A stretch of 64,000 bases of DNA, from positions 80,989 through 144,988 of the forward strand of contig JAKIVZ010000002.1 in the NCBI GenBank assembly GCA_022750295.1, in the 5' to 3' direction. Below are positions 17,814-27,113 of the stretch, in pieces. Each line of letters opens with the position of its first letter. The first letter of the stretch is position 1. Both the position numbers and the translations under genes were made by a program. The notes under the pieces are model-generated. The model ran no database searches. It was not told the DNA's origin and saw nothing but the letters and a program-made list of their open reading frames with translations. This DNA is from Candidatus Lutacidiplasma silvani. GTDB lineage: Archaea; Thermoplasmatota; Thermoplasmata; Lutacidiplasmatales; UBA184.

Positions 17814-18212
17814 ATGGGTATCTGGCAAGGTCGGTCGCGCCGCAAGCGGACGGGAGGACGGCTCCGGCCGATCCGCAAGAAGCGGCGGTTCGAGATCGGA
17901 CGCGAACTCCAGCAGGCGACCCTCGGCGCGGGGACCGTGAAGCGGTACCGCGTGCGCGGGGCCAACGAGAAGATCCGGATCCTCACCGTCAGCACCGCGA
18001 ACGTCTACGACCCGTCGACGAAGAAGTCGAAGGTCGTGAAGATCGTCACCGTCCGGGAGAACCCGGCGAACCCGAACTACGTGCAGCGGAACATCATCAC
18101 CCGCGGCGCCATCCTCGAGACCGAGCTGGGCCTCGTCCGGGTCCGCTCGCGCCCCGGCCAGGACGGCGTCGTCAACGCCGTGCGGATCGCCGAGAGCGCG
18201 GCCGCCGCGTAA
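17814..18212 (+). CDS. rps8e: 30S ribosomal protein S8e
   Basis: MGIWQGRSRRKRTGG N-terminus is typical of S8e. Start assigned to the internal ATG of the longer ORF. Confidence 0.85.
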   Translation: MGIWQGRSRRKRTGGRLRPIRKKRRFEIGRELQQATLGAGTVKRYRVRGANEKIRILTVSTANVYDPSTKKSKVVKIVTVRENPANPNYVQRNIITRGAILETELGLVRVRSRPGQDGVVNAVRIAESAAAA

Positions 18213-18232
18213 CCCCAGATCGGGGGCCGCGG

Positions 18233-18532
18233 ATGCCGGACCACTTCTTCGTCTACCCGTCGTACCTGAACCGGACCACGACCCGGGCCCTCGGGCGCCG
18301 GGTCCCGCAGTCGGTCGCGGTGACCGAAACCACCCTCGAGGAGATCGTCGAGGTGGCGAAGGGGCTCGGGTTCGTGGCCGTTGCCGAGCCCGAGAAGCAG
18401 TATCCCCGTCAGTTCTTCCAGCTCTCCGGCCGGGTGCGCGTCACGAAGAAGGCCGGAACTCCGAAGACCCAGTTCCTCCGGTCCCTCTCGGCCGAGCTCG
18501 CCCGCCGCCACGCGGCGGAGGGCGGCCACTAG
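18233..18532 (+). CDS. srp19: signal recognition particle 19 kDa protein
   Basis: VYPSYLNRTTTRALGRRVP matches the SRP19 N-terminal motif (IWPxYxD...RxxGRRV); about 99 aa. Confidence 0.7.
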   Translation: MPDHFFVYPSYLNRTTTRALGRRVPQSVAVTETTLEEIVEVAKGLGFVAVAEPEKQYPRQFFQLSGRVRVTKKAGTPKTQFLRSLSAELARRHAAEGGH

Positions 18533-19324
18533 ATGGAGGAGCCGGGGACCGTCTACTTCACCGGCACCGCCGGGGCCGGAAAGACGAACCTCGTCCACGC
18601 GTTCCGGACCTGGCTGAAGGGCGAGGGGTACGAGGCGACGATCCTCAACCTCGACCCGGGGAACGAGAACGCCGAGCTCGAGCCGGACGTCGACATCCGC
18701 GAGTGGGTCCGCCTGGCCGAGGTGATGCAGGAGCACGAGCTCGGACCGAACGGCGCCCAGGTGGCGGCCGCCGACATGATCGCGCTGAAGGTGTTCGACG
18801 TCAAGCAGGCGCTCTCGGAGTTCCGCTCCGACTACGTCCTCGTCGACACCCCCGGGCAGATCGAACTCTTCGCGTTCCGGGAGGCGTCGCGGGCCATCGT
18901 CGACGCCCTCAGCGGGGAACGGTCGACGATCGCCTTCCTGTTCGACCCCGCGCTCGCGCGGACCCCGAACGGGTTCGTCTCGCTCCTCCTCCTATCTGCC
19001 ACGGTCGAATTCCGGTTCCGGCTTCCGACGGTGAACGTACTCACGAAGACCGACCTCCTCGACGCCGCCCGGCGGGAGGAGATCCTCGGCTGGGGCGACG
19101 AGCCCGGCCTCCTCTACGACGCCGTCACGCGGGAGACGGCGACGCCGGACCTGCAGCTCTCGACCGAGCTGTTCCGGGCGATGGAAGCGATGGCGCCGCT
19201 CGCGACCCTCCTCCCGACGTCGAGCAAGGCGATGACCGGGATGGATGCGGTCTACCGCCAGCTCCAGGCGAACTTCGCGGGCGGCGAGGACCTCGAGGCG
19301 TCCCAGGGTCCGACCGAAGAGTAG
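18533..19324 (+). CDS. GPN-loop GTPase
   Basis: P-loop GTAGAGKT, the GPN motif (ELGPNGA) and DTPGQIE. Confidence 0.8.
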   Translation: MEEPGTVYFTGTAGAGKTNLVHAFRTWLKGEGYEATILNLDPGNENAELEPDVDIREWVRLAEVMQEHELGPNGAQVAAADMIALKVFDVKQALSEFRSDYVLVDTPGQIELFAFREASRAIVDALSGERSTIAFLFDPALARTPNGFVSLLLLSATVEFRFRLPTVNVLTKTDLLDAARREEILGWGDEPGLLYDAVTRETATPDLQLSTELFRAMEAMAPLATLLPTSSKAMTGMDAVYRQLQANFAGGEDLEASQGPTEE

Positions 19325-19330
19325 GCCCGC

Positions 19331-19630
19331 CTACTCGGTGAAGAACAGGCCCATCCCGGCCGAGGCAGCGTCGTCCTCGTCCTGGAATTTCCGCTGGAGC
19401 GACTCGGCCTCCGCCGCCGGGAGCTTCCGTCCCAGGGGCGCGAGGAGCGAGTCGGCGCGCGTGACGGCTTCCTCGGTCCCGCTGACCACCACGTAGAGCT
19501 GGCCCGCCGGCCCGCCCGCGGACGGGGCATCGCGGATCTTCTGGCTTTGCCGCGAGACGACGTCGTCCTGGAGCGCCGCGTCGAGTTCCGTCCGCTTGGC
19601 GCTCGGCACTTCGTAGATCGTCGAGGCCAT
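19331..19630 (-). CDS. hypothetical protein (99 aa)
   Basis: Compact ORF between convergent genes; no recognised motif. Confidence 0.35.
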   Translation of the reverse strand: MASTIYEVPSAKRTELDAALQDDVVSRQSQKIRDAPSAGGPAGQLYVVVSGTEEAVTRADSLLAPLGRKLPAAEAESLQRKFQDEDDAASAGMGLFFTE

Positions 19631-19687
19631 CGGCGGTCCGACCGGGCCGGGCTATTTGGGGTTTGGCGCGGCGTCGCGGCGGGCCCG

Positions 19688-20770
19688 TCAGATCCCGAAG
19701 CTCCGTCGGGCCGCGAGGACCTTCGGGTCGTCGAGCCCCATGATGTCGGGGTTGAGCCCGTCCTGGACCGCGATCCAGTACGCCAGCCACTGGAACGGGA
19801 TCCCCTGGACGATCGGGGCGATCCCGGGTGGGACCGGCGGCAGCGCGAGGCCGTTCTCGACCGTCGCGGCGCCCGAGGTATCGATGTGCCAGACGAACGC
19901 GTCGAGGTGCCGGGCCGCCGCGAGGCCGTCGGCGACCCGTCGCCGCTCGAGCTCGGTCCCCGAGATCGCGAGGACCGCCGCGTGTTCGTTGAGCGAGGGG
20001 AGGACCCCATGGAGGAGTTCCTCGACCCCGACCGCGGTGGCGAACCGGCGCGTCGCCTCGCGGAGCTTCAACGCCGCCTCCCGGGCGGTCGCCTCGCCGC
20101 TCCCCGAGCCGACGAGAACGAACCGGTCCCGTTCGCCGAGCGCCTCGACCGTCTCCATCACCCGGGGTTCGAGGGCGAGGGCGTCGCCGATCGCCTCGAC
20201 CACCGTCGCCTCGGCGACCGGGTCCGGACGGGGCTGGACCAGCGACCATCCGGCGGCGACGCCCGCGGCGTAGCTGACGGTGTGGGTCCACGAATCTTCC
20301 TTCGCGTGCTTGGTCTCGACGACCTCCGCTGCGAGGTCCCGGCACTCTCCCTTCGCCGCAGCGGTGACGAGGACGGTCGGCACCTTCCGCTGGCGCAGGA
20401 GCTCGAGGGCGCGGGCGGTCACGAACGTCTCGGCCGACTCCGAGAACGCGATCGCCACGTCGGCCACCGCGGTCTCGGGTCCGTCCAGAAGGTCGAAGGC
20501 GGACCGGGCCTCGACGACCCGGCCGGGGGAGGCGGCCCGCGCCGCGGCGGCCACGGCGAGCGCCGCATGGAACGAGGTCCCGATCCCCGTCGTGAGCAGG
20601 CGGGCCGCAGGATCCCGGGTGCGGGCGGCCCCGGCCCAGCCCGTCAGCTCGGCGAGGGTCGCCTTCACGGCGACCTGTTGCCGCCGGACCATCTCGTGCA
20701 TGAAGAACGGGTGACGGGTTCGGCCGCGCGGCGGGTTCGGCTGCTGGGGCGGGGGAAACGTCGTCGCCAT
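19688..20770 (-). CDS. tandem SIS-domain sugar isomerase (GlmS isomerase-domain/AgaS-like, no glutaminase domain)
   Basis: FFMHEMVRRQQ resembles the start of the GlmS isomerase domain (FMxKEIxEQP), followed by two SIS modules. The true start is probably ATG at 20701 or 20692. Confidence 0.6.
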   Translation of the reverse strand: MATTFPPPQQPNPPRGRTRHPFFMHEMVRRQQVAVKATLAELTGWAGAARTRDPAARLLTTGIGTSFHAALAVAAAARAASPGRVVEARSAFDLLDGPETAVADVAIAFSESAETFVTARALELLRQRKVPTVLVTAAAKGECRDLAAEVVETKHAKEDSWTHTVSYAAGVAAGWSLVQPRPDPVAEATVVEAIGDALALEPRVMETVEALGERDRFVLVGSGSGEATAREAALKLREATRRFATAVGVEELLHGVLPSLNEHAAVLAISGTELERRRVADGLAAARHLDAFVWHIDTSGAATVENGLALPPVPPGIAPIVQGIPFQWLAYWIAVQDGLNPDIMGLDDPKVLAARRSFGI

Positions 20771-20826
20771 CCCGCACGGCGAACGGCTCCGGGTCCAAAT
20801 GCCTCGCGGTCGCCCGCAACCCCCAA

Positions 20827-21561
20827 GTGGTCGTCCCGGCTCGCGGCGCCGTGTATTCGAGCACGCTCGAGGCGCCCATCCTGCTCCTCGGCACCGCGCA
20901 CGTCGTCGACCTCGACGGGCCGATCCGGGCGACGCTGCGCGACCGGCCGCTCGACGCGATCGCCGTCGAGCTCGACGAGGAACGGGCCCAGGCGATGCTC
21001 CCCGAGCCGGCGCCCGGGGCCCGTCGGAGCGGGGGCGGGGACGCCCCGTTGTTCGTCCGGCTCTGGGCCGTCATCCAGAAGCGGCTCGGCGGCGAGCTCG
21101 GCGCGGGGGTGGCCGGAGCCGAGATGCGGAGCGCGGCCGCCCTCGCGAAGGAACGGGGGATCCCGCTCCTCTTGATCGACGACCCGATCCGCGAGACGAT
21201 CCGTCGGCTCATCGCCGCGCTCTCCCCGAAGGAACGGGTGGCGCTCATCGTCGGGAGCATCGTCGGGCTCGTGATCCCGTCGCGAGTCGTCCGCAAGGAG
21301 CTCGACCGGTACGCCGATGCCCCGGAGGACTTCTCGGCGGACCTGCGGACCGCCTACCCCGGCGTGGCTCGGGTCCTTCTCGATGAGCGGAACGAGCACA
21401 TGGCCGCCCGGCTTACCGAGGCCCGGCGGAACGGCTACGGACGGGTGGCCGCGATCGTCGGGGACGCGCACGTCCGCGGCCTCGCGGCGGCGCTCCGGCG
21501 CCGCGGGGTTCCGACCGAGACGGTCGCGTTCGGGGCGCTGCGCGCGACTACAGCGTCGTGA
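20827..21561 (+). CDS. TraB/GumN-family protein
   Basis: LLLGTAHVV N-terminal motif and C-terminal ERNEHMAARL...AIVGDAHVRGL are typical of the TraB family. Confidence 0.6.
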   Translation: MVVPARGAVYSSTLEAPILLLGTAHVVDLDGPIRATLRDRPLDAIAVELDEERAQAMLPEPAPGARRSGGGDAPLFVRLWAVIQKRLGGELGAGVAGAEMRSAAALAKERGIPLLLIDDPIRETIRRLIAALSPKERVALIVGSIVGLVIPSRVVRKELDRYADAPEDFSADLRTAYPGVARVLLDERNEHMAARLTEARRNGYGRVAAIVGDAHVRGLAAALRRRGVPTETVAFGALRATTAS

Positions 21562-22417
21562 CCGACGACGTGCCCTGGGCCGCGATCGCGGCGAGGAACG
21601 CGTCGGCGAGCGCGGCGACCTCGGTCGACCGGTAATCGCCGAGCGTGCCGTGGTCCGCCGCGTCCGAAAGCGCCGGGTCCACGGGGAGGGTCCCGAGGAC
21701 GGGAATGCCGAACTCCTTCGCGATCCGCTCGACGCTCCCCGGTCCGAAGAGCGGGATCCGCTCGTGGCAATGCGGACACTGGAGATAGCTCATGTTCTCG
21801 ACGGCGCCGAGGAGCGGGACGTGGAGGTCGCGGGCCATGTTCATGGCTTTCTTCACGATCATGCCGGCGAGTTCTTGCGGCGTGAAGACGAACACCATCC
21901 CATCGATCGGGATCGTCTGGAAGACCGTGAGGGGAACGTCGCTCGTCCCGGGCGGCATGTCGATCAGGAGGTAGTCGAGCTTCCCCCAGTTGACGCCTCC
22001 GAAGAACTGCGTGATGAGCCGGGTGACGAGGGGACCGCGCCAGATCACCGGGGCCTGTTCGTCCTCGACGAGGAACTGGGAGGAGATCACCCGCATGCCA
22101 TCGGCCGACACCGCCGGTTCGATCCCTTCGCCCCGGTCGAGCAGCGGTCCGGAGAGACCGAACAGCTTCGGGATCGACGGGCCGGTGACATCGGCGTCGA
22201 GGAGCCCGACCGCGAGGCCGCGCCGGCGCAACTCGGAGGCCAGAAGCGCGGTCGTCGCCGACTTTCCGACCCCGCCCTTTCCGGAGCCGACGGCGACGAC
22301 GTGGACGATCGCGCCCTTTCCCATCTTCTGAAGGACGCCGCCGGGCCGCCCGCGGGGCGCGGCGCCGGGGGGCGTGGACGTCGGTTGGGGGTGGGGCGCC
22401 TCCGACGGTCCGGCCAT
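21548..22417 (-). CDS. Mrp/NBP35/ApbC-family iron-sulfur cluster carrier ATPase
   Basis: Deviant Walker A GSGKGGVGKS and CPHC motif. Start set at ATG 22417, which sits about 23 nt downstream of a TATA box (leaderless). An alternative shorter start is ATG 22324 (MGKGAI). Confidence 0.75.
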   Translation of the reverse strand: MAGPSEAPHPQPTSTPPGAAPRGRPGGVLQKMGKGAIVHVVAVGSGKGGVGKSATTALLASELRRRGLAVGLLDADVTGPSIPKLFGLSGPLLDRGEGIEPAVSADGMRVISSQFLVEDEQAPVIWRGPLVTRLITQFFGGVNWGKLDYLLIDMPPGTSDVPLTVFQTIPIDGMVFVFTPQELAGMIVKKAMNMARDLHVPLLGAVENMSYLQCPHCHERIPLFGPGSVERIAKEFGIPVLGTLPVDPALSDAADHGTLGDYRSTEVAALADAFLAAIAAQGTSSVTTL

Positions 22418-22438
22418 CGCGCCCAACCCGGACCACGG

Positions 22439-22445
22439 TATATAA
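22439..22445. promoter_or_regulatory. bidirectional TATA box (TATATAA) in the divergent mrp/acd intergenic region
   Basis: The only strongly AT-rich element in the region. It is about 23 nt upstream of the mrp ATG (minus strand) and about 33 nt upstream of the acd ATG (plus strand). Confidence 0.5.
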
Positions 22446-22478
22446 CAAACGGCCGTCTCGGCGACGACGGAGCGGCCG

Positions 22479-24641
22479 GTGGGCGGGCGGAACGTGGCGT
22501 CGCTCGACGAATTGTTCCGTCCCCGTTCGGTCGCGGTGATCGGAGCCTCCAACCGGCCCGGCGCGGTCGGCACTTCGCTGTTCCGCAACGTGCTCTCCGC
22601 CGGGTTCCAGGGCGTCGTCTATCCGGTGAACCCGAAATGGCCGAGCGTGAGCGGCGTCCAATGCTACCGGTCGGTGCGCGAGCTCCCCGAGACGCCGGAC
22701 CTCGCCGTGGTGATCGTGCCGGCCCCCGATGTCCGGGTCGTGGTGGAGTCGCTGGGCCGCGCCGGGACCCGGGGGGCGATCGTGATCTCCGCGGGGTTCC
22801 GCGAGGTCGGCGGCGCCGGAGTGGCCCGGGAAGCCGCGCTCGTCGCCACCGCCCGCCGGCACGGAATGTCGCTCGTCGGCCCGAATTGCTTTGGCGTGCT
22901 CAACACCGACCCGTCGGTCGCCCTGAACGCCACGTTCTCGGAGACGCTGCCGCCGCGCGGGAACATCGCCTTCGTCAGCCAGAGCGGGGCGCTCTGTGCG
23001 GGGATCCTGCGCTATGGCATTGCCGAGCGAATTGGATTCTCCCGATTCGTCTCGATCGGGAACCGGGCGGGGATCGACGAGAACGACCTCCTGCGTTCGC
23101 TCGCCGACGACCCCGCGACCGCCGTGGTCCTCCTGTACGTCGAGAACCTCGCCGACGGCCGGCGATTCCTCGAGACGGCGCGGGAGGTCACCGAGAAGAA
23201 ACCGGTCATCGTGATCAAGAGTGGACGCTCCGTCGCGGGCGAGCGGGCCGCCCGCAGTCACACCGGTTCCCTTGCGAACTCCGGGCAGGACCGGCTCTTT
23301 GACGCGTTGTTTGAGCAGTCCGGGGTCCTGCGGGTCGACTCGATCGGCGAGCTGTTCCGGGCGGCGAAAGTCCATGCGGCCGGTCTCGCGCTGAGCGGGC
23401 CCCGATTGGCGATCCTCACGAACTCGGGGGGACCCGGGATCGTGGCGGCCGATGCGTGCGCCCGGGTCGGCCTCGAGCTTCCCGTCCCCCCGGAGCGGAC
23501 CGTCCGGGCGCTTCGTCGGCGCCTCTCCCCCTCCGCGTCGGTGGGGAACCCGGTCGACATGACCGCCGACGCCCACGCCGAACAGTATTCGGGCGCCCTC
23601 GCCGACCTTCTCGCCGCCCCCACGACCGATGGGGCGCTCGTGATCGCCACTCCGACCGGCACCCTGAGCGGCGACGTCGTCTCCCGGGCGATCCTGAAGG
23701 GCCGGGGGACGAGCCCGAAGCCGGTCGTCGCCTGCCTGTTCGGGCTCACCGACCTCACCCACGAGGTCGGGATCCTGGAGGAGCACGGCGTTCCGACGTT
23801 CACCTTCCCCGAGGAGGCGGTCGCCGGGCTGGGGACGCTCGCCAAGTACCACGCCTGGAAGATCCGGCCCAGGACCCGGGTTCGCTCGTTCCCCGTCGAC
23901 CGACCGGCCGCCCGAGCCGCGATCGCCGCGGCCCGGCGCTCCCGGTCCTCCGTCCTTCCCGAGTACGCCGCCCGGGCCCTGCTGACCGCTTACGGGATTC
24001 CGTTCGCCCCGTCCCGAGCGGTCGACGGCCTCGAGGAGGCGGTCGAGGCGGCGGCCGAGATCCGCTACCCCGTGGTCCTCAAGGTCGCCTCGCCCGACAT
24101 CTCGCACAAGACCGACGTCGGAGGCGTCGCCGCCAATCTCCCGGACGAGGGCGCGCTCCGGTCGGCGTGGGCGACGATGCGGTCGGAGCTCGCGCGACGG
24201 GCGAGCGGCGCACGGATCGATGGGTTCGAGATCGAATCGATGATCCGGGGCGGCCACGAGGTGATCGTCGGGGCCCAGCGGGATCCGGGGTTCGGGCCGG
24301 TGGTCCTGTTCGGGATGGGAGGGATCTACGTCGAGGTGCTCCGCGACGTGACGTTCCGTCTGGCCCCCCTCCGCTCGCTTTCGGCGGTCCACATGGTCGG
24401 GGCCGTCCGCTCGGCCGCGATCCTGAACGGGGTCCGGGGGGAAGGGCCGGCCGACCTCGCCGCCCTCTACGATGCGATCGAGCGGGTCAGCCAGCTCGTG
24501 GTGGAGGTGCCCGAGGTCGCGGAGCTCGACCTGAATCCCCTGATCGTCCGGCCGGCCGGGCAGGGCGTCGTGGCCGTCGACGCGCGGGTCGTGCTCGATC
24601 TGTCTTCCAGATCGCCACGTCGGACTTCACCCGGTCGATGA
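22479..24641 (+). CDS. acd: acetyl-CoA synthetase (ADP-forming), fused alpha-beta (NDP-forming acyl-CoA synthetase)
   Basis: N-terminal CoA-binding domain (SVAVIGASNRPGAVG), succinyl-CoA-synthetase-like flavodoxin domain and a C-terminal ATP-grasp domain; 720 aa. Confidence 0.85.
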   Translation: MGGRNVASLDELFRPRSVAVIGASNRPGAVGTSLFRNVLSAGFQGVVYPVNPKWPSVSGVQCYRSVRELPETPDLAVVIVPAPDVRVVVESLGRAGTRGAIVISAGFREVGGAGVAREAALVATARRHGMSLVGPNCFGVLNTDPSVALNATFSETLPPRGNIAFVSQSGALCAGILRYGIAERIGFSRFVSIGNRAGIDENDLLRSLADDPATAVVLLYVENLADGRRFLETAREVTEKKPVIVIKSGRSVAGERAARSHTGSLANSGQDRLFDALFEQSGVLRVDSIGELFRAAKVHAAGLALSGPRLAILTNSGGPGIVAADACARVGLELPVPPERTVRALRRRLSPSASVGNPVDMTADAHAEQYSGALADLLAAPTTDGALVIATPTGTLSGDVVSRAILKGRGTSPKPVVACLFGLTDLTHEVGILEEHGVPTFTFPEEAVAGLGTLAKYHAWKIRPRTRVRSFPVDRPAARAAIAAARRSRSSVLPEYAARALLTAYGIPFAPSRAVDGLEEAVEAAAEIRYPVVLKVASPDISHKTDVGGVAANLPDEGALRSAWATMRSELARRASGARIDGFEIESMIRGGHEVIVGAQRDPGFGPVVLFGMGGIYVEVLRDVTFRLAPLRSLSAVHMVGAVRSAAILNGVRGEGPADLAALYDAIERVSQLVVEVPEVAELDLNPLIVRPAGQGVVAVDARVVLDLSSRSPRRTSPGR

Positions 24642-24972
24642 GGAACCGGGCGGCCCGGAACGCCTGGTCCCGATGGACGGCCGCGACCCCGACGACGACC
24701 GAGACCTCGCCGACGCGAACGGTCCCGGTCCGGTGCCAAACGACGACCCGCCGGACGCCGGGGGACCGTTCGGCCGTCCGGGCCAATCGTCGGAGCACGG
24801 GGAGCGCCATCCGCTCGTCGGCCTCGTAGAAGAGGGCCCGCACCGCTCCGGCCGCCGATCGGTCCGGCCGAACGCGGCCCGAGAACACCACGACGCCGCC
24901 CGAGTTCGGGTCGGCCAGGAGTCGAATCGCCGCGGCCATGTCGAGGCGCTCGCGGGTCAAGCGGACGACCAC
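24487..24972 (-). CDS. moaE: molybdopterin synthase catalytic subunit
   Basis: MoaE-like core (GGVVVFSGRVR...VAIWKTD) with an Arg/Pro-rich C-terminal tail that overlaps the acd 3' end. Confidence 0.65.
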   Translation of the reverse strand: MVVRLTRERLDMAAAIRLLADPNSGGVVVFSGRVRPDRSAAGAVRALFYEADERMALPVLRRLARTAERSPGVRRVVVWHRTGTVRVGEVSVVVGVAAVHRDQAFRAARFLIDRVKSDVAIWKTDRARPARRRPRRPARPAGRSGDSGRAPRPRAPPPRAG

Positions 24973-24975
24973 CGC

Positions 24976-25260
24976 TCAACCCCCGCTGTACGGCGGATGG
25001 ATGGCGAGTTCCTCTCCGGCCCGCACGCGGCCGCCCGTTCCGTGGACGTAGGCGCCGTTCCGGGCGAACCGGGAGTGTCGGAGGATCGGCGCCAGCGCCG
25101 GCCGCTGCTCCGCCAGCTCGCGCAGCAGGTCCCGAAGGACGACACCCTCCGGTCCGGTCTCCCGCTCGATTCGCGAGGTCCCGGCCGCCTCCCGGGCGGT
25201 CGCGAACAGCCGGATCGCGATCGTTCCGGGCCTCGTTCGACGGACGCTCCGGTCGGCCAT
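24976..25260 (-). CDS. moaD: molybdopterin synthase sulfur-carrier subunit (ends in Gly-Gly)
   Basis: 94 aa with C-terminal ...HPPYSGG; located immediately upstream of moaE. Confidence 0.65.
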   Translation of the reverse strand: MADRSVRRTRPGTIAIRLFATAREAAGTSRIERETGPEGVVLRDLLRELAEQRPALAPILRHSRFARNGAYVHGTGGRVRAGEELAIHPPYSGG

Positions 25261-25327
25261 GGAATCCTCCGCGGCCCCGCTCCGGACGACACCCCGGGGG
25301 GGTCCTGTCGGCGAGGGGAGACAATCG

Positions 25328-25335
25328 CTTAATAG
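25328..25335 (+). promoter_or_regulatory. TATA box (CTTAATAG) placing the transcription start at or next to the korA ATG (leaderless)
   Basis: AT-rich element 24 nt upstream of the korA ATG at 25359. Confidence 0.4.
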
Positions 25336-25358
25336 GCACTCCCTCTCGAAGCGCGTCG

Positions 25359-27113
25359 ATGGGCGAGATTTCCGTCCGGGCCGGCGGCGCTGCCGGCGAC
25401 GGGATCGCGTCCGTGGGCGAGACGCTCGCGCATTCGCTCTCGCGGATGGGGTTGCACGTCTTCGGCCACAACGCCTACCAATCGGTCATCCGGGGGGGCC
25501 ATGTCTGGTTCCAGGCCCGAGCCTCCACCGCGCCCACCCACTCGCAGGGCGATGCGTGTGACATCCTGTACGCCCTGAACAAGGAGACGGCGGACGTCCA
25601 CTTGCCGAGCCTCTCGCGCGGCGGCACCGTGGTCTTCGACCCGGAGAAGTTCGACATCCCCGCGAGCCAGCTTCCGGCGGGCACGAAGGCGTTGCCCGTC
25701 AAGACCCTCGAGATCGCCCGGAAGTTCACCTCCCAATCGATCCTGCAGAATGCGGGCGGCCTCGGGGCCACCGCGTTCCTCGCCGGGATCCCGCTCGACG
25801 TCCTCCAAGCGTCGCTCGCCGACTCGTTCGGGAAGAAGAAGGGCGACGTCGTCGACTGGAACCTCGGGGCGTCCGCGGACGGCTACGCGTTCGCGCAGGC
25901 GAACTCCGCGGCGAACGACCACGCCGTCGCGAAGGCCGGGGAGCCGAAGCTCCTCATGACCGGGAACGCGGCGATCGCCCTCGGGGCCGCCGCCGCCGGC
26001 TGCAAGTTCCTCGCCCAGTATCCGATGACGCCGGCGTCGTCGATCATGCACTGGATGGCGGCCCATTCCCGCGACATCGGGGTGGTCGTCAAGCAGGCCG
26101 AAGACGAGCTCGCGGCGATCAACATGGCGATCGGCGCCTCGTACGGCGGCGTCCGGTCGATGACCGCCACGAGCGGCGGCGGATTCGCCCTGATGGTCGA
26201 GGCGCTCGGCATGGCCGGAATGGCCGAGATCCCCCTCGTCGTGGTCGAATCCCAACGGTCCGGTCCGTCGACGGGGCTTCCGACGAAGACCGAGCAGGGC
26301 GACCTCAACATGATGCTCGGCGCCGGCCAGGGGGAGTTCCCCCGGGCGATCCTCGCCCCGGCGAACGCCGTCGAGGCGTACCGGGCCGCGATCCGGGCGT
26401 TCCAGGTCGCCGAGGAGTGGCAGACCCCCGTCCTCCTCGCGAGCGACCTCCACCTGTCGGAGAACTACATGACGGTCGACCGCTCGGAGATCGACCTCAA
26501 CGTCGAGATCCCCTCGCTCTTCTCGGTCCAGCCGAACGGCCACGATTACAAACGCTACCAGTACACGCCGTCGGGCGTCTCTCCGCGGTCCCTTCCCGGC
26601 CAGGTCGGCCTGCAGTGGATCGCCGGGTCCGACGAGCACGACGAGAAGGGCCACCTGATCTCGGACGTCAAGTCCGGGATCCCCGTCTGGGTCGCCGAAC
26701 GAACGAAGATGATGCAGAAGCGGATGGGCAAGCTCGCCGGCATCGGGCGGTCGACCGAGCCCCCCCGGCTCGAGGGACCCGCCGACGCCCCGCTGACGTT
26801 CGTCGCGTGGGGCTCGACCGTCGGCGCGATCCGGGACGCGATGGTCACGCTCGCCGCGAAGAACGTCGCGACGAACCTACTCCAGATCCGAACCGTCTTC
26901 CCCCTCCACGTCGACGTCCTGGAGGCCGCGATCGACCGGGCGAAGACGACGCTCCTCGTCGAAGCGAACTATTCCGGCCAGCTCGGTCGCCTCATCCGGG
27001 CGGAGACCGGCCGTCACCTCACCAACCGGCTCCTCAAGTACGACGGGGAGCCGTTCTACCCCTACGAGGTCGTAGGGAAGGCCCTGGAGGTCCTTGGACA
27101 TGGCCGGAACTAG
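25359..27113 (+). CDS. korA: 2-oxoacid:ferredoxin oxidoreductase subunit alpha (fused gamma/alpha type)
   Basis: 584 aa; GDGIASVGE N-terminal (gamma-like) region followed by the alpha domain, typical of the two-subunit archaeal OFOR. Confidence 0.85.
   Translation: MGEISVRAGGAAGDGIASVGETLAHSLSRMGLHVFGHNAYQSVIRGGHVWFQARASTAPTHSQGDACDILYALNKETADVHLPSLSRGGTVVFDPEKFDIPASQLPAGTKALPVKTLEIARKFTSQSILQNAGGLGATAFLAGIPLDVLQASLADSFGKKKGDVVDWNLGASADGYAFAQANSAANDHAVAKAGEPKLLMTGNAAIALGAAAAGCKFLAQYPMTPASSIMHWMAAHSRDIGVVVKQAEDELAAINMAIGASYGGVRSMTATSGGGFALMVEALGMAGMAEIPLVVVESQRSGPSTGLPTKTEQGDLNMMLGAGQGEFPRAILAPANAVEAYRAAIRAFQVAEEWQTPVLLASDLHLSENYMTVDRSEIDLNVEIPSLFSVQPNGHDYKRYQYTPSGVSPRSLPGQVGLQWIAGSDEHDEKGHLISDVKSGIPVWVAERTKMMQKRMGKLAGIGRSTEPPRLEGPADAPLTFVAWGSTVGAIRDAMVTLAAKNVATNLLQIRTVFPLHVDVLEAAIDRAKTTLLVEANYSGQLGRLIRAETGRHLTNRLLKYDGEPFYPYEVVGKALEVLGHGRN

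Noticed and set aside
19125-21296. 723-aa minus-strand ORF and 542-aa plus-strand ORF (19547-21175)
   Set aside because: They overlap the well-supported SIS isomerase and TraB genes in other frames. Low-complexity.
21435-24392. 985-aa minus-strand ORF
   Set aside because: Antisense to acd and mrp. Extreme Arg/Gly/Pro composition and no motifs.
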